DNA of 64,000 bases from Nitrospirota bacterium (lineage in GTDB: Bacteria > Nitrospirota > UBA9217): positions 256,001 through 320,000 of the forward strand of contig CAVWHO010000016.1 in the NCBI GenBank assembly GCA_963754875.1, written 5' to 3'. The notes beneath the pieces were generated by a model. That model saw only the letters and a program-made list of their open reading frames with translations, did not search any database and had not been told where the DNA came from. Positions within the stretch are counted from its first letter, which is position 1. Each line of letters begins with the position of its first letter. The translations under genes and the position numbers were made by a program. Below are positions 10,667 to 21,523 of the stretch, one piece after another.

Positions 10667-11074
10667 TTACTTTTTCTGTTTGTGGTACTCGATGCTTACT
10701 TCGTAAGCAATACTGGCATGACCAAGCCGGAGGCTGTCGCTTTTACCGTTGCACACGATCTTACCGGCAACCGATTTTTTACGGCTTTTCACCAGCCCGG
10801 TGACGACCGGCGTCAGGTCGAAACCGCCGTTGGTGCATTCATCGCGCATGCAGTCCATGCGAAAACAGGCATAATCAGTGGGAAGGAAGTGGACCGTGCG
10901 CTTCATAAGAACGGGGTCGGACGTTCTCTGCAGATAGGTCATGCGAAGTACGATACTCGAAACAGCGGGCATGCGATCAGATACCAAGCCGGCAGCCAGC
11001 ATGGCGCTCTTCTTCAGCTCCTGCTTTTCAATGTAATTTTGCTTATTCGTCACGATTCCTTTTTTTAAAGCCAT
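10667..11074 (-). CDS. Hypothetical protein with Cys motifs
   Basis: Protein-like ORF with CMRDECTNGGFDL and a downstream C/H; start uncertain. Confidence 0.6.
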   Translation of the reverse strand: MALKKGIVTNKQNYIEKQELKKSAMLAAGLVSDRMPAVSSIVLRMTYLQRTSDPVLMKRTVHFLPTDYACFRMDCMRDECTNGGFDLTPVVTGLVKSRKKSVAGKIVCNGKSDSLRLGHASIAYEVSIEYHKQKK

Positions 11075-11461
11075 TGTATTTTTGTTAAAAAACCGGGGAA
11101 ATGCCCTTTTAAACCTTTCTTTATTGTTTCCAATGTCAATATTATACCATATAATCACACGTTAGGGCTCTAAAGTCAATATTTGATTGCTGAAACAGAA
11201 ATAATCAGCAAATAAATGTGCAAAAAACAGCATTTAAACATCAATATATTGCACTCTTACCGAATTGTTTATGGTTTGATTGGCTGTCGGAATAATTTCA
11301 TCGGGCCTCACTCCAGGCAGACCTTGGTGTCCCCGACACGAAAGCTGCTGAAACGAGGATGCTCCGTGATCGCAGGACGTCCCTTACTTGGCTCGTCCCC
11401 GATGAGGAAGAAGTATTTCTTTCCCGGATTCCCGGAATCTGACTCGATAGGGCAACCTTTT

Positions 11462-12447
11462 TTATATATAGTCTTCCCTTCTAACAATGCCGACAATCTT
11501 CTCTCCCCGCAGAAACCGCATTACATTTTCCATTGCCTGACGCGTACTTTCCTCGTTTATTCCGGGAACGATGGCCGAATTGTGCGGCGAACCGATCACG
11601 TTGGGCAGTGCGAGAAAAGGAAAAGTCGTTTTGAACTCTCCATGGCAGAACGGTTCGATCCACCAAGCGTCGATGCCTGCCTTGAAATCGGGGTGGCCGA
11701 CCAGGTGATGATAGAGTGCATCTTCGTCAATGAGGTGTCCCCGTGCGACATTGATGAGCATGGAGTCGCTCTTCATCCATTCCAGCTCACGCTTTCCGAT
11801 TAAACCACGCGTCGCTTTCGTGAGGGGCATCGATATGACCACCACGTCCGCTTCGGAGAGAACGGTAGCGAAGGTCCTTCAACGTGCCGATGAAGTCCAC
11901 CGGTTCATCGGTCCTGCCGCTCGTATTCAGGGCAAGGATCCGCATTCCGAGACCCGCGCATCAATCGGGCCGCGGCGCGACCGATACCGCCGAAACCGAT
12001 AATAGCGCACGAAAGACCGCGCACCCTGCGATTGAGCGACGCTTGGTTGAAACTCCCCTTGCCGAGGTTCTGATGCTCCCGCACAAGGTTCTTAGACAAG
12101 GCCAGTATCATGGCGAGAATGTGCTCGGCCATGGGTTCGGCATAGGCCCCTACATTGCTGGAGATCGTGATATTCGCGAGGAGTTCCCTATAGGGAACGT
12201 GGTCGGCGCCCGCGGAAAGAAGCTGGACCAGTCTCACGTTGTTCAGCAGGGAGAGTTCGCTCGGCCCTACCTCCTTCGGCAGGTTCCAGGTCAGGAGCAC
12301 TTCTGCAGCGATAAGCGTCTGCTCCCGCAGGCCTGAGGGCATGTCGCTCAGAAAAGAAAGTTTCGCAATATCGCCTGCGATTTTTTTCAGAAGTTCGCGC
12401 CGTTCCTCGTTGACCTTGTAGGTTATCACAATGTTGTGTTTGTCCAT
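11462..12447 (-). CDS. D-2-hydroxyacid dehydrogenase (frameshifts ~11860-11950)
   Basis: SAGADH, GFGGIG, INVARG, DAW, SPHNS. Confidence 0.85.
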
Positions 12448-12694
12448 TGAGCTCCCCTGCCTGACCTCATACTTAAGTCACTTTTCGCTTTGCATCCCTC
12501 TTTAAAACGTAGCACAGGCCCGCGAGATGTCAACTCGTTGGTATGCAGTATAGTATAATAGGATTATCCACAAGGAGAAGAACTATCTACGCCGCAGGAC
12601 ATTACTCGGGCACTGCCTTCTTAGCGATATTCGCTGAACAGCGGCGGTGTGACGGCTCACTGCGGAGAGTAGATGCTCCCCGAAGGAGGCCATC

Positions 12695-13078
12695 ATGAAT
12701 CGTGTTATCCATTTTGAACTCGGCGTGGACGATCCTGAGCGTGCGATCGGTTTTTACGAGAAAGTTTTCGGATGGAAGGTCGATCAGTGGGGCGGTCCGG
12801 AAAACTACTGGCTCGTGACCACCGGCCAGGACGGAGAGCCCGGCATCAATGGCGGAATGATTACAAACGAGTTCATGCACCGGACGGGCATCGAGCGGGC
12901 TGCGGTGAACACGATCGACGTTGCCTCAATCGACGAGTTCGTTCAGAAGATCGTTCGCGCAGGCGGCAAAATCATCATACCTAAAAACGCGATCCCTGGT
13001 GTCGGCTGGCAGGCTTACTGCGAAGACACGGAAGGCAATGTCTTCGGCATCCACCAGACCGATCCTGGGGCGAAATAG
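12695..13078 (+). CDS. VOC/glyoxalase family protein
   Basis: VIHFEL, FYEKVFGW, GINGGM, DTEGNVFG; RBS AAGGAGG. Confidence 0.9.
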   Translation: MNRVIHFELGVDDPERAIGFYEKVFGWKVDQWGGPENYWLVTTGQDGEPGINGGMITNEFMHRTGIERAAVNTIDVASIDEFVQKIVRAGGKIIIPKNAIPGVGWQAYCEDTEGNVFGIHQTDPGAK

Positions 13079-13194
13079 CAATACAGAACGGACTTCTTTT
13101 GTTTGCCAAATTCATTACAAGATGGTTGCTGTCGTCCAAATAAACCCGACGCCTGAAACAAACATGCGGGGATGATGGTTACCGGGAAACCGAG

Positions 13195-14100
13195 ATGCCC
13201 GAACTGCCTGATATTACCCTCTACCTGGAAGCGCTTCAAAACCGGATTCTGCATCAACCGCTCATCCATGCGCGCATATCCCACCCATTTTTGCTGCGCA
13301 CTGTAGAACCACCCCTGTCGATGGCGGAAAATAAAGAGGTGCGGCTGCTTCGACGCATCGGGAAACGCATTGCCATAGGATTTGAAGAGGAGCTGTGGCT
13401 CGTCATTCACCTGATGGTAGCAGGCCGGCTTCATTGGCGAAAACCGGGCGCAGTGCTTCGTGGGAAAGGCTATCTCGCTGCTTTTGACTTTCCCAAGGGC
13501 AGCCTGGTCCTCACCGAGGCTGGGACAAAAAAGCAGGCTTCGCTTCACGTCGTTCAGGGAGAGGAAGCCCTTTGCTCCCTTGATCCCGGCGGAATCGAGG
13601 TTCTTGAATCCGACGCAGCAACGTTTGCCAGAATGCTCACAGGAACAAATCATACGCTGAAACGCGCGTTGACCGACCCTCGGCTGTTCAGCGGCATCGG
13701 CAATGCCTACTCCGACGAGATCCTTTTTCGTGCAGGCCTCTCTCCCGTAGCCTTGACACAGAAGCTCTCACGAGAACAGATCCAGCAGCTTTTTGAAGCG
13801 GCACAGGAGACGCTGACGGAGTGGATCGACAGACTTCGCCGAGAAACCGGCCCTGAGTTCCCGGAAAAGGTCACTGCCTTTCGCAAGGACATGGCGGTCC
13901 ACGGCCGCTACGGCGAGCCCTGCCCTGTCTGCAGCTCACCAATCCAGAGAATTCGTTATGCAACGAACGAGGCCAACTACTGCGCACGGTGCCAGACGAA
14001 CGGAAAATTGCTTGCTGACCGTGGGCTTTCGCGGCTGCTCAAGACAGACTGGCCAAGGACACTCGATGAGCTCGAGATGCGGCGCAGAACCTCAGGATAA
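13195..14100 (+). CDS. Fpg/Nei family DNA glycosylase
   Basis: N-terminal PELPD, HLMVAG, H2[17 protein letters not shown]...CARC zinc finger. Confidence 0.92.
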   Translation: MPELPDITLYLEALQNRILHQPLIHARISHPFLLRTVEPPLSMAENKEVRLLRRIGKRIAIGFEEELWLVIHLMVAGRLHWRKPGAVLRGKGYLAAFDFPKGSLVLTEAGTKKQASLHVVQGEEALCSLDPGGIEVLESDAATFARMLTGTNHTLKRALTDPRLFSGIGNAYSDEILFRAGLSPVALTQKLSREQIQQLFEAAQETLTEWIDRLRRETGPEFPEKVTAFRKDMAVHGRYGEPCPVCSSPIQRIRYATNEANYCARCQTNGKLLADRGLSRLLKTDWPRTLDELEMRRRTSG

Positions 14101-14149
14101 AGGTCTTTCTTTCCTTTACATTCATACCTTGATGTGCTAAAAATTCTTC

Positions 14150-16930
14150 ATGAAATCTTCGCTTTGGCCGGCAGGGGTGCTGCTCCTCTTGCTGCTCTTT
14201 TCTTCAGCTTACGCAACCCCCTCCTCCTTCTCCGGCTTGACTATTACCCGGATCGACGTTCAAGACGACCAGGGCCGTCCGTTGCAAAAGCCCGACCAGA
14301 TCATGCAACTGATCAGTCTGAAAGCCGGCGACCCCTATTCGGGCCCCATGATCCGGCAGAGTCTTTCGCTGCTCTATTTGAAGGGAACGTATAAGGACGT
14401 CCGCGTCGAGGCTGTCCCCGACAACAGGGGACTGCGGCTCACGTACGTACTCGTGCCGATCACTATCGTCGAAAAACTCGTGATAAAGGGGAACTCGTCG
14501 GTTTCAACCGATGCGATCAGGGAGGTCGTTCCCCGGATCGAAGGCAAGGAACTGCACGAGGAAAAATTCCCATTGCTCCGGGCCGATATCCTTGCGCTCT
14601 ACCAGGCCGAGGGGCTCTATAATGCCGTCGTGGACTTCCGGGCGGAAGCCCCCAGCGATCCTCACCGCGTTGTCCTGCACATAGACATCCGGGAAGGCGC
14701 ACCCACGCTCATCGCGGCGATCAATTTTACCGGCAATACCATCCTCCGCGACAAAAATCTCCTTGCCGTCATGAAAAGCAGTGTTGGCGACAGGCTCAGG
14801 CGTGACCAGCTGCTCGATAAGGACATGGAGGCGATCCTCAAAAAGTATTCCGAAGCCGGTCATCCTACTGCCAAATCTGGTCCGGTTGATATCAGTTTCC
14901 GCGATCAGAGAGCGTATGTCCGTATTTCCGTGTCCGAGGGACCACGCGTGAACGTGCGCTTTTCCGGCAATAGGTCAGTCAGCGCAAGCAAGCTCCGGCA
15001 GTCGCTTCTCATCTGGTCGGAGCACGACGTTTCGAACGACGCGATCGACAGCAGCGCCGACAAGATAAAACGTCTGTATAAGGAACAAGGATATTTCGAT
15101 GTTACCGTGGCCGTCAAAAAGTCCGAGGGGCCCGGCGTCCTCGACCTCGAATTCGTCATTTCCGAGGGACCTCACGTCACGACCGGGAAGATCGATATCC
15201 GGGGCAATACCGCGTTCACGTCCAAGGAGATCAAAGGCCAGTTGGCCCTGCGTGAACCGGCATGGTCGTGGTCGTGGTCCTTCCCCTTTTTTGGGTATTG
15301 GTCCTTTCCCTTCCGTGAGGACTTTTTGGACAAGGATGTCGATAATCTCCGCGACCGGTATCTCGAAGCGGGTTACCTCGCCGCGACAGTCAAGCGAACA
15401 GTGGCGAGGAGCGCCGGCGGCCGCACGGCCGACGTGGTGATCGAGGTCGCCGAAGGGACCAGGACCGTGACCGGGAGCGTGACCTTCGAGGGCAATACGG
15501 TCTTTACCTCAGCGGATCTCCTGAACAAGTTGAACCTCAAGTCCGGCGCGCCCTTCAACGACCGGATCCTCGACGAGGACAAATACCGCATTCTGTCCGC
15601 CTATACGGACAAGGGATATCTCTACGCCCGGGTGGAGGTTGAAAAAATTCCAACAGACAGGAGCATCAATATCCGCTACCGGATCACCGAAGACCGTCCC
15701 GTCACTATCGGTAAAATCATCCTGCGGGGAAACGTGCGTACACGGGACTCCGTCATCATGCGCGAACTGCTCGTAAAACCCGGCGATGTCTACGATTACG
15801 GCGCCATCCTGGCGAGCCAGCAGCGGATCTATCATCTGGGATACTTCAGTCTTGCCAAGTTCGAACCCGTCCATCCCGGTGAAAAAGAATACGCGAAAGA
15901 CATGCTGCTGACCGTGGACGAGCGGCCGGCGGGCGCCGTAGAAGTCGGCGCGGGCTACGGCGACCTGGACAGGCTCCGGGGCTACGTGGAACTCTCGCAC
16001 CGGAACCTCTGGGGGACGGCGCGTTACACCAGTCTGCGGTTCGAAGAGAGCGCCATCCTCAAACGGGCGATCTTCAATTTCCAGGAGCCCTGGCTATTTA
16101 ACCGTGATATGGACGGCAAACTGAGCCTTGTATGGTCCGATTCCGAAAAACTGAACTCCGACACCCGCGAACTCTATTACAAAACGCGCAAGACATCCGC
16201 TTCCTTCGGCGTCGAAAAATCCTACGGGAACCTCAAGCCGTCTCTCACCTACCAGTTCGAAAATGTCGTTAACTATGATGTGCTGCAGGCAGCGCAACTC
16301 ACGCCCGAAGACAGCGGTCGCGTCCTCGTCAGCAGCCTGAGCCCTGCCCTGCTGCTGGACTTGCGTGACGACGTTTTCAATCCTCGTCGGGGCGCGCTCT
16401 ATGGAATCACCTTGAAGGAAGCACTCCGGGAGCTGTGGTCCCAGGCGGACTTCAGCAAACTAACGGTCCAAGGCAGCTGGTTCCTGCCGATCGACACCTC
16501 CGTCATCGCCCTTTCAGCGCGTGCCGGCATGGCATGGCCCTTCCGCGGAACTGCAGAAGTACCGCTCCACGAGCGTTTCTATGTCGGTGGCAGCACGACG
16601 GTCCGAGGCTTTACCCAGGACGCCATCGGTCCCAGCTCAGTGGATGCAAACGGGAACCTGATCCCGCAGGGCGGCCAAAGCATGGCCATCTTCAATATCG
16701 AGCTGCGCCTGAACCCTGGTGAAGGCCTTGGCTTCGTGCTTTTTACCGACGCTGGCAATGTCTGGCCTAAACAGGAGATCGACATCAACGACCTTCGCGC
16801 CTCCTACGGCGTAGGACTCCGCTACGGCACTCCCATCGGCCCCTTGCGGATCGACTACGGCCAGAAAATCCGCCGCCAGCCCGGCGAAAGTCCCGGAGAA
16901 ATCCATTTTAATATTGGAAATACGTTCTAA
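14150..16930 (+). CDS. Omp85 family (BamA/TamA-like) protein, ~7 POTRA domains
   Basis: Repeated I.F.GN...GY...I.EG units, VRGF motif, TPIGPLRIDYG, C-terminal Phe. Confidence 0.9.
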   Translation: MKSSLWPAGVLLLLLLFSSAYATPSSFSGLTITRIDVQDDQGRPLQKPDQIMQLISLKAGDPYSGPMIRQSLSLLYLKGTYKDVRVEAVPDNRGLRLTYVLVPITIVEKLVIKGNSSVSTDAIREVVPRIEGKELHEEKFPLLRADILALYQAEGLYNAVVDFRAEAPSDPHRVVLHIDIREGAPTLIAAINFTGNTILRDKNLLAVMKSSVGDRLRRDQLLDKDMEAILKKYSEAGHPTAKSGPVDISFRDQRAYVRISVSEGPRVNVRFSGNRSVSASKLRQSLLIWSEHDVSNDAIDSSADKIKRLYKEQGYFDVTVAVKKSEGPGVLDLEFVISEGPHVTTGKIDIRGNTAFTSKEIKGQLALREPAWSWSWSFPFFGYWSFPFREDFLDKDVDNLRDRYLEAGYLAATVKRTVARSAGGRTADVVIEVAEGTRTVTGSVTFEGNTVFTSADLLNKLNLKSGAPFNDRILDEDKYRILSAYTDKGYLYARVEVEKIPTDRSINIRYRITEDRPVTIGKIILRGNVRTRDSVIMRELLVKPGDVYDYGAILASQQRIYHLGYFSLAKFEPVHPGEKEYAKDMLLTVDERPAGAVEVGAGYGDLDRLRGYVELSHRNLWGTARYTSLRFEESAILKRAIFNFQEPWLFNRDMDGKLSLVWSDSEKLNSDTRELYYKTRKTSASFGVEKSYGNLKPSLTYQFENVVNYDVLQAAQLTPEDSGRVLVSSLSPALLLDLRDDVFNPRRGALYGITLKEALRELWSQADFSKLTVQGSWFLPIDTSVIALSARAGMAWPFRGTAEVPLHERFYVGGSTTVRGFTQDAIGPSSVDANGNLIPQGGQSMAIFNIELRLNPGEGLGFVLFTDAGNVWPKQEIDINDLRASYGVGLRYGTPIGPLRIDYGQKIRRQPGESPGEIHFNIGNTF

Positions 16931-16935
16931 AAGCC

Positions 16936-17022
16936 AGTTCAGAGTTCATAGTTCCTGGTTCAGAGAAGAACTGCAATGCAGCAATGATTTTCTCTTCTGC
17001 CTCTCACTATGAACTCTGAACT
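16936..17022. repeat. 17-bp perfect inverted repeat made of 7-nt units
   Basis: AGTTCAGAGTTCATAGT (16936-16952) / ACTATGAACTCTGAACT (17006-17022). Confidence 0.8.
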
Positions 17023-17133
17023 TTGAACTTTGCATATGTACTCTCTTTAGCGAACGTGGTATTATTTCGAGTATGAACGGGTAGTTTCGGCCGGGTAACT
17101 GCGCCTGACGCAAGCGAAAGGTTTGTTCGAATC

Positions 17134-19065
17134 ATGAAGGTACATAGAAAGATCATAGCCCTCGTCGGATTGGGAATGGTGCTGATCATCGCGATCACGC
17201 TCGTGGCCCTCGATGACATCAGCGGGGCCCTTTCCCTGACTACGCAGGGAGTGGGAGAACTGTTCGCAAAGGATCAGCGGATCGACACAATTGAAAAAGG
17301 CGTTGCCGGCATGTCGCTCGCTGTTCATGACTACAGGGAGACCGGGAACATTCATTTTTGGGACGCCTACAGTGACGCACATTCGCACGTACGGGAGTCA
17401 CTGCGACTTGATGATGAGCTTGAGTTCTCGCCGGCGGAAAAGAAGATCCTTGCACAGCTGGCTGACGATATTCAATCCATGGACAGAGAATCAGAACGGT
17501 TTTTTTCACTGGAGGATCTCCGCGGTAAGGACCGGATTCCGGCAATTGCGCTTGTTCGCAGCATTGACGTCAGTATCGCATCCATAGAGCAGGATATAGA
17601 TAATTACCGTGAGCAGAGCGTCCGGCGGATGGGTGAAATCGTCCTCCTGCTCCGGAGGAACAAGGTACGCGTTAACGATTATTTGCTGCTCATACTTCTT
17701 GCGTCAGGTACGGTGCTCCTTTACTTGGGTATTTATGTCCACCGGAAAATATCCGCTCCCCTGCGGGATCTGTGGAGGGGCGCGACCGAGATCAGCCAGG
17801 GCAATCTTGAATACCGGATGCAGATCCAGAGCACAAGCGACGTCGGACAGTTGGCGGAACGTTTTAATGAGATGGCCCAACAGCTCCGTCGCTCCTATTC
17901 TGAACTGGAGAAAAAGCTGCTCGACCGCACGAACGAACTTGCCGCCATCGACTCCGTCGCTCTCACCCTGAGCCAGTCGGGCAACCTCAGGGGCATGCTT
18001 GCCAAGTCCCTGGGCCAGATCCTGGACAGCCTCGCAGGACTGGACCCGAAAGGCGGCATCTTCCTTACCGATCCGGACGGCGAAACGCTGCGCCTCGTGG
18101 CCTCCCGGGGGCTATCGCAGGACTTCGTCCGGAACGAGGCAACGATCAGGATCGGTGAGTGCCTCTGCGGGGTTGCAGCCCAGACCGGTGAGATCCTGGT
18201 AACGGAGAAAAGTTGCAACGACCCCCGCCACACGCGCTGTCTCGGCAGCGGCGATCATGCCCACATCATTATTCCGATCAAGTCGCGCGGGATCGTGCTC
18301 GGCGTCATTTTCCTGTACCCCGAGAAGCACTTCACGCTGAAGCCATCCGACCTCCAGATGCTGGACACCATCGGCGCACAGCTCGGCCTGGCCGTCGAAA
18401 ACCTGAGGTTCTACGCCGAGGTCAAGGAATCGAGCGAGAAATTCTGGGACCTTTTCGAGAATTCACGCGACATCCTTTTTACCATGGATTCCAAAGGTAC
18501 GCTCACGGCCGTGAACAGGGAGGCGGAAAAGTTCAGCGGATACGCGAAGAGCGACCTCATCGGCATGAGCGTTCTGGATTTCCTAACGCCGGAAGGCGCA
18601 GAAACCGTGAAACGCATGCTGGACGGCGAAGGTCTTACCGCTCGGCGGGTGGTCGAATTTGAAGTGATCAAGCGGGACAACAGCCGCGCATTCATCGAGA
18701 TGAGCGCACGGAGGCTCTCGAAAAAACGGCTGCCTGCCGGGTTCCAGGTTTCGGCCCGCGATATGACCGAACAAAAATTGCTGCGCGAGAAGCTTCTCAC
18801 GGCGGAACGGCTCGGTGCCATCGGCGAGGTTGTGATTACCGTACGGCATGAGATCAACAACCCGCTCACGACGGTCATCGGCAATGTCGAACTGCTGCTT
18901 GAACGCTACGGTGAGAAGGACAACGACCTGAAAACTCGTCTGGAAACCGTGCTGACCAATTCGCTCCGCATCGCAGAGATCGTCCAGAAGCTGCAGGCGA
19001 TCAGGCGGGACAAGGTCGTGGAGTACGTCAAAGGCGTTGCGATGACCGACCTGAAACAGGAGTAA
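17134..19065 (+). CDS. Membrane sensor: 2TM-HAMP-GAF-PAS-HisKA, no ATPase domain
   Basis: Two TMs, HAMP (LAERFNEM), GAF (GECLCG), PAS, H-box RHEINNPL; ends ~70 aa later. Confidence 0.85.
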   Translation: MKVHRKIIALVGLGMVLIIAITLVALDDISGALSLTTQGVGELFAKDQRIDTIEKGVAGMSLAVHDYRETGNIHFWDAYSDAHSHVRESLRLDDELEFSPAEKKILAQLADDIQSMDRESERFFSLEDLRGKDRIPAIALVRSIDVSIASIEQDIDNYREQSVRRMGEIVLLLRRNKVRVNDYLLLILLASGTVLLYLGIYVHRKISAPLRDLWRGATEISQGNLEYRMQIQSTSDVGQLAERFNEMAQQLRRSYSELEKKLLDRTNELAAIDSVALTLSQSGNLRGMLAKSLGQILDSLAGLDPKGGIFLTDPDGETLRLVASRGLSQDFVRNEATIRIGECLCGVAAQTGEILVTEKSCNDPRHTRCLGSGDHAHIIIPIKSRGIVLGVIFLYPEKHFTLKPSDLQMLDTIGAQLGLAVENLRFYAEVKESSEKFWDLFENSRDILFTMDSKGTLTAVNREAEKFSGYAKSDLIGMSVLDFLTPEGAETVKRMLDGEGLTARRVVEFEVIKRDNSRAFIEMSARRLSKKRLPAGFQVSARDMTEQKLLREKLLTAERLGAIGEVVITVRHEINNPLTTVIGNVELLLERYGEKDNDLKTRLETVLTNSLRIAEIVQKLQAIRRDKVVEYVKGVAMTDLKQE

Positions 19066-19076
19066 GGCGGGGGAGT

Positions 19077-19775
19077 ATGAGATTGCCAGCCCACAATTTA
19101 CACTTGCACGGTACTCGCGTTTTCTTTTTCTTGAAATCCGTTCGCACCGGCTTGTTCATTGCCGTATTTGTCCACTTTCTTTTCTTCGCACCCTCACGGG
19201 GAGAGGCGGAGCTCGTAGACCATGTTGTTGCCGCTGTCAATAACGAGGTTATCACGGCGAGCGAGCTCTCCCAGGTCGTCGCATTGAACGAGCAACTCGG
19301 CTCCGGCGGCGAGGACCGCTCTGCCCTGCGAACACAAACGCTCAATGGCCTGATCACCCGTCAGCTGCTCGTCCAGGAGGCCCGGAGGCTTCGCTTCGTC
19401 GAGGTCTCGGATCAGGAGATCAATGCAGAAATCGACAAGCTTAAAAAACGATTTCCTTCCGGCGCGGCCTTCGACGCTTTTTTAAAAACGCAGGACATGA
19501 CCGAACAGGAGCTCTCCCGCATGCTGGGCGAGCGGCTCCTTGTCGAGCGGTTCGTGGAGAAGAAAGTGGGCCTCTTCGTACGTGTAAGTCGCGACGAGGC
19601 ACAGGACTATTTCGACACGCATTCCGAGCAGTTTAAAGACAGGCGTTTTCAGGATGTCCAGAAGTCCATTACTGCATTTCTCATGGACCAGAAGATCGGC
19701 CAACAGCTCGAACAGTATGTGTCCGAACTGCGCGCTAAAGCAGATATCCGGATCAACCCGTCGGGGCCGAGATAA
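19077..19775 (+). CDS. SurA N-terminal domain protein
   Basis: VDHVVAAVNNEVIT...LLVQEARR...LRAKADIRI; no parvulin domain visible. Confidence 0.75.
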   Translation: MRLPAHNLHLHGTRVFFFLKSVRTGLFIAVFVHFLFFAPSRGEAELVDHVVAAVNNEVITASELSQVVALNEQLGSGGEDRSALRTQTLNGLITRQLLVQEARRLRFVEVSDQEINAEIDKLKKRFPSGAAFDAFLKTQDMTEQELSRMLGERLLVERFVEKKVGLFVRVSRDEAQDYFDTHSEQFKDRRFQDVQKSITAFLMDQKIGQQLEQYVSELRAKADIRINPSGPR

Positions 19776-19912
19776 AAGGAGAAGCAGATAACCTGATAAA
19801 CACGGGAAGAGAAAAACAAGTATTCAGGAAGCACCACCTGCAAATTACCATCTCGCTTCTTACACCGCGGTGAAAGATTTTGACACTACGTTCGGAAGAA
19901 CAGGGAGGCTCT

Positions 19913-20857
19913 ATGAATAAAACGCTCGTACTGCTGTCCGCCCTTGTACTCCTCTTTGGCTCAGGAGGTTGTACGCTGCTGAAAGTTTCCGTCGGCGAAG
20001 AAGTGCAACCCTTCACCGAAAAAGTGATCGCCGGCGAGGGTCGGGATAAAATTCTGCTTCTCGACATCTCAGGCGTCATTTCTTCCAGCACTGAGGGCGG
20101 CTCGTTCTTCGGCGGGAAAAAAGAACCTGGCCTGCTGGCTCAGGTGCGGGAACAATTGGACCGGGCGCGGTCCGACCGGGCGGTCAAGGCGCTGCTGCTC
20201 CGCATCAACAGCCCGGGCGGCGGGGTGACGGCATCCGACGTGCTCTATCATGAGCTGGTAAAATTTAAACACGAGACAGGCGTTAAGGTCCTGGCCCACA
20301 TCATGGACATAGGGACCTCGGGGGCCTACTATACGGCCCTCGCAGCGGACCGGATCACGGCCCAGCCAACGAGCGTGACCGGCAGCATCGGCGTGATCAT
20401 GTACAGTTTCGATGGCGCGGGCTTGATGCAGAAGATCGGGCTCCAGGCTGTCGAGATTTCCTCGGGAATCCGAAAGGGCATGGGTTCCCCCTTCCGCCCG
20501 CTCGCTCCTGAAGAACGGGCCATTTTCCAAAACGTGATCGACAGTCTCCAAGGACGGTTCGTGAATACCGTTATGGAATCCCGGAAATTGCCGCTGGAAA
20601 CGGTGAAGAAACTTGCTGATGGTCGCATTTACACGAGTCAGGAAGCGCAAGCCGCAGGTCTCATCGACAGCATCGGCTATATCGACGACGCCATCGACCA
20701 GGCCAGGAGCCTGGCGCACCTGGAAAAGGCTTCCGTAGTGACCTACATTCGTCCGGGAGAATACCGCTCTAATCTGTACTCGCTCAATCTCGTCAATATT
20801 GACATGGGAGAGGTCATGGGGCCCGGAGCGCACTTTATGTATCTGTGGTGGCCTTGA
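19913..20857 (+). CDS. sppA: Signal peptide peptidase SppA (S49)
   Basis: RINSPGG, SGAYY, GSIGV, DGRIYT; lipoprotein-like N-terminus. Confidence 0.92.
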   Translation: MNKTLVLLSALVLLFGSGGCTLLKVSVGEEVQPFTEKVIAGEGRDKILLLDISGVISSSTEGGSFFGGKKEPGLLAQVREQLDRARSDRAVKALLLRINSPGGGVTASDVLYHELVKFKHETGVKVLAHIMDIGTSGAYYTALAADRITAQPTSVTGSIGVIMYSFDGAGLMQKIGLQAVEISSGIRKGMGSPFRPLAPEERAIFQNVIDSLQGRFVNTVMESRKLPLETVKKLADGRIYTSQEAQAAGLIDSIGYIDDAIDQARSLAHLEKASVVTYIRPGEYRSNLYSLNLVNIDMGEVMGPGAHFMYLWWP

Positions 20858-20931
20858 CCGAAATGCGCGATGATGGTTGACAGCAGCGCAGTTGCTATGC
20901 TATCGTAGCACTGTTCAGAGAGGAGGCAACC

Positions 20932-21402
20932 ATGAAAATGAAACCTATTCTGTTGGTGGCTGTGCTCGCACTGTTTGTTTTGATTCCCCTGCTGGGACTG
21001 GCGGAAGAGGAGCTCTTCGATACCAAAGCGGCATCGCAGCATCTCGACCAGGGTGTCGCCTATTTAAAGGCCAAAAATTTTGATGCTGCCATCAGCGAAT
21101 TTGAGACCTCCGCGGGTATTAATCCCGATGCCGAAGCCTACTACTACCTTGGCTATGCCTATTATCTCAAGGGCAGGACCGGCGATGAAGAAAGCAGGAA
21201 CAAGTCCCGGGAAAATTTCGAGCGGGCCTATGAGATAGACCCGAACTTCTCACCGTCGCGGTTCAAGCCTACGGAGCAGGTCCCTGCCCACGTGAAGGAA
21301 CCGGAAGAACCCGCGCCACCCGCATCAGAGGCAACGCCGACACTGCCCGGCCCGGCCCCGGAACAGCAACAGCCCGCGCAGCCCGCAGACCAGGCGAAAT
21401 AA
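20932..21402 (+). CDS. Exported TPR protein with Pro/Gln-rich tail
   Basis: Signal peptide, AEAYYYLGYAY, FERAYEIDP. Confidence 0.8.
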   Translation: MKMKPILLVAVLALFVLIPLLGLAEEELFDTKAASQHLDQGVAYLKAKNFDAAISEFETSAGINPDAEAYYYLGYAYYLKGRTGDEESRNKSRENFERAYEIDPNFSPSRFKPTEQVPAHVKEPEEPAPPASEATPTLPGPAPEQQQPAQPADQAK

Positions 21403-21462
21403 GGGTCCCTCAACACCTCGCCTGCCCCCTGAAGTAGCCCGCTCCGCAAAGGCAATAAGAAA

Positions 21463-21495
21463 TAAAAAACCCCGGTTGCGTTTCACAATCGGGGC
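21463..21495 (-). terminator. Intrinsic terminator after csp
   Basis: CCCCGATTG...CAACCGGGG then T6 on the minus strand. Confidence 0.7.
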
Positions 21496-21523
21496 CGATT
21501 ATAGATTGCGGAGACTGTAGTGA

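Noticed and set aside
12564..12572. Perfect DnaA box TTATCCACA
   Set aside because: Single 9-mer with no cluster or dnaA context; plausible by chance in 64 kb
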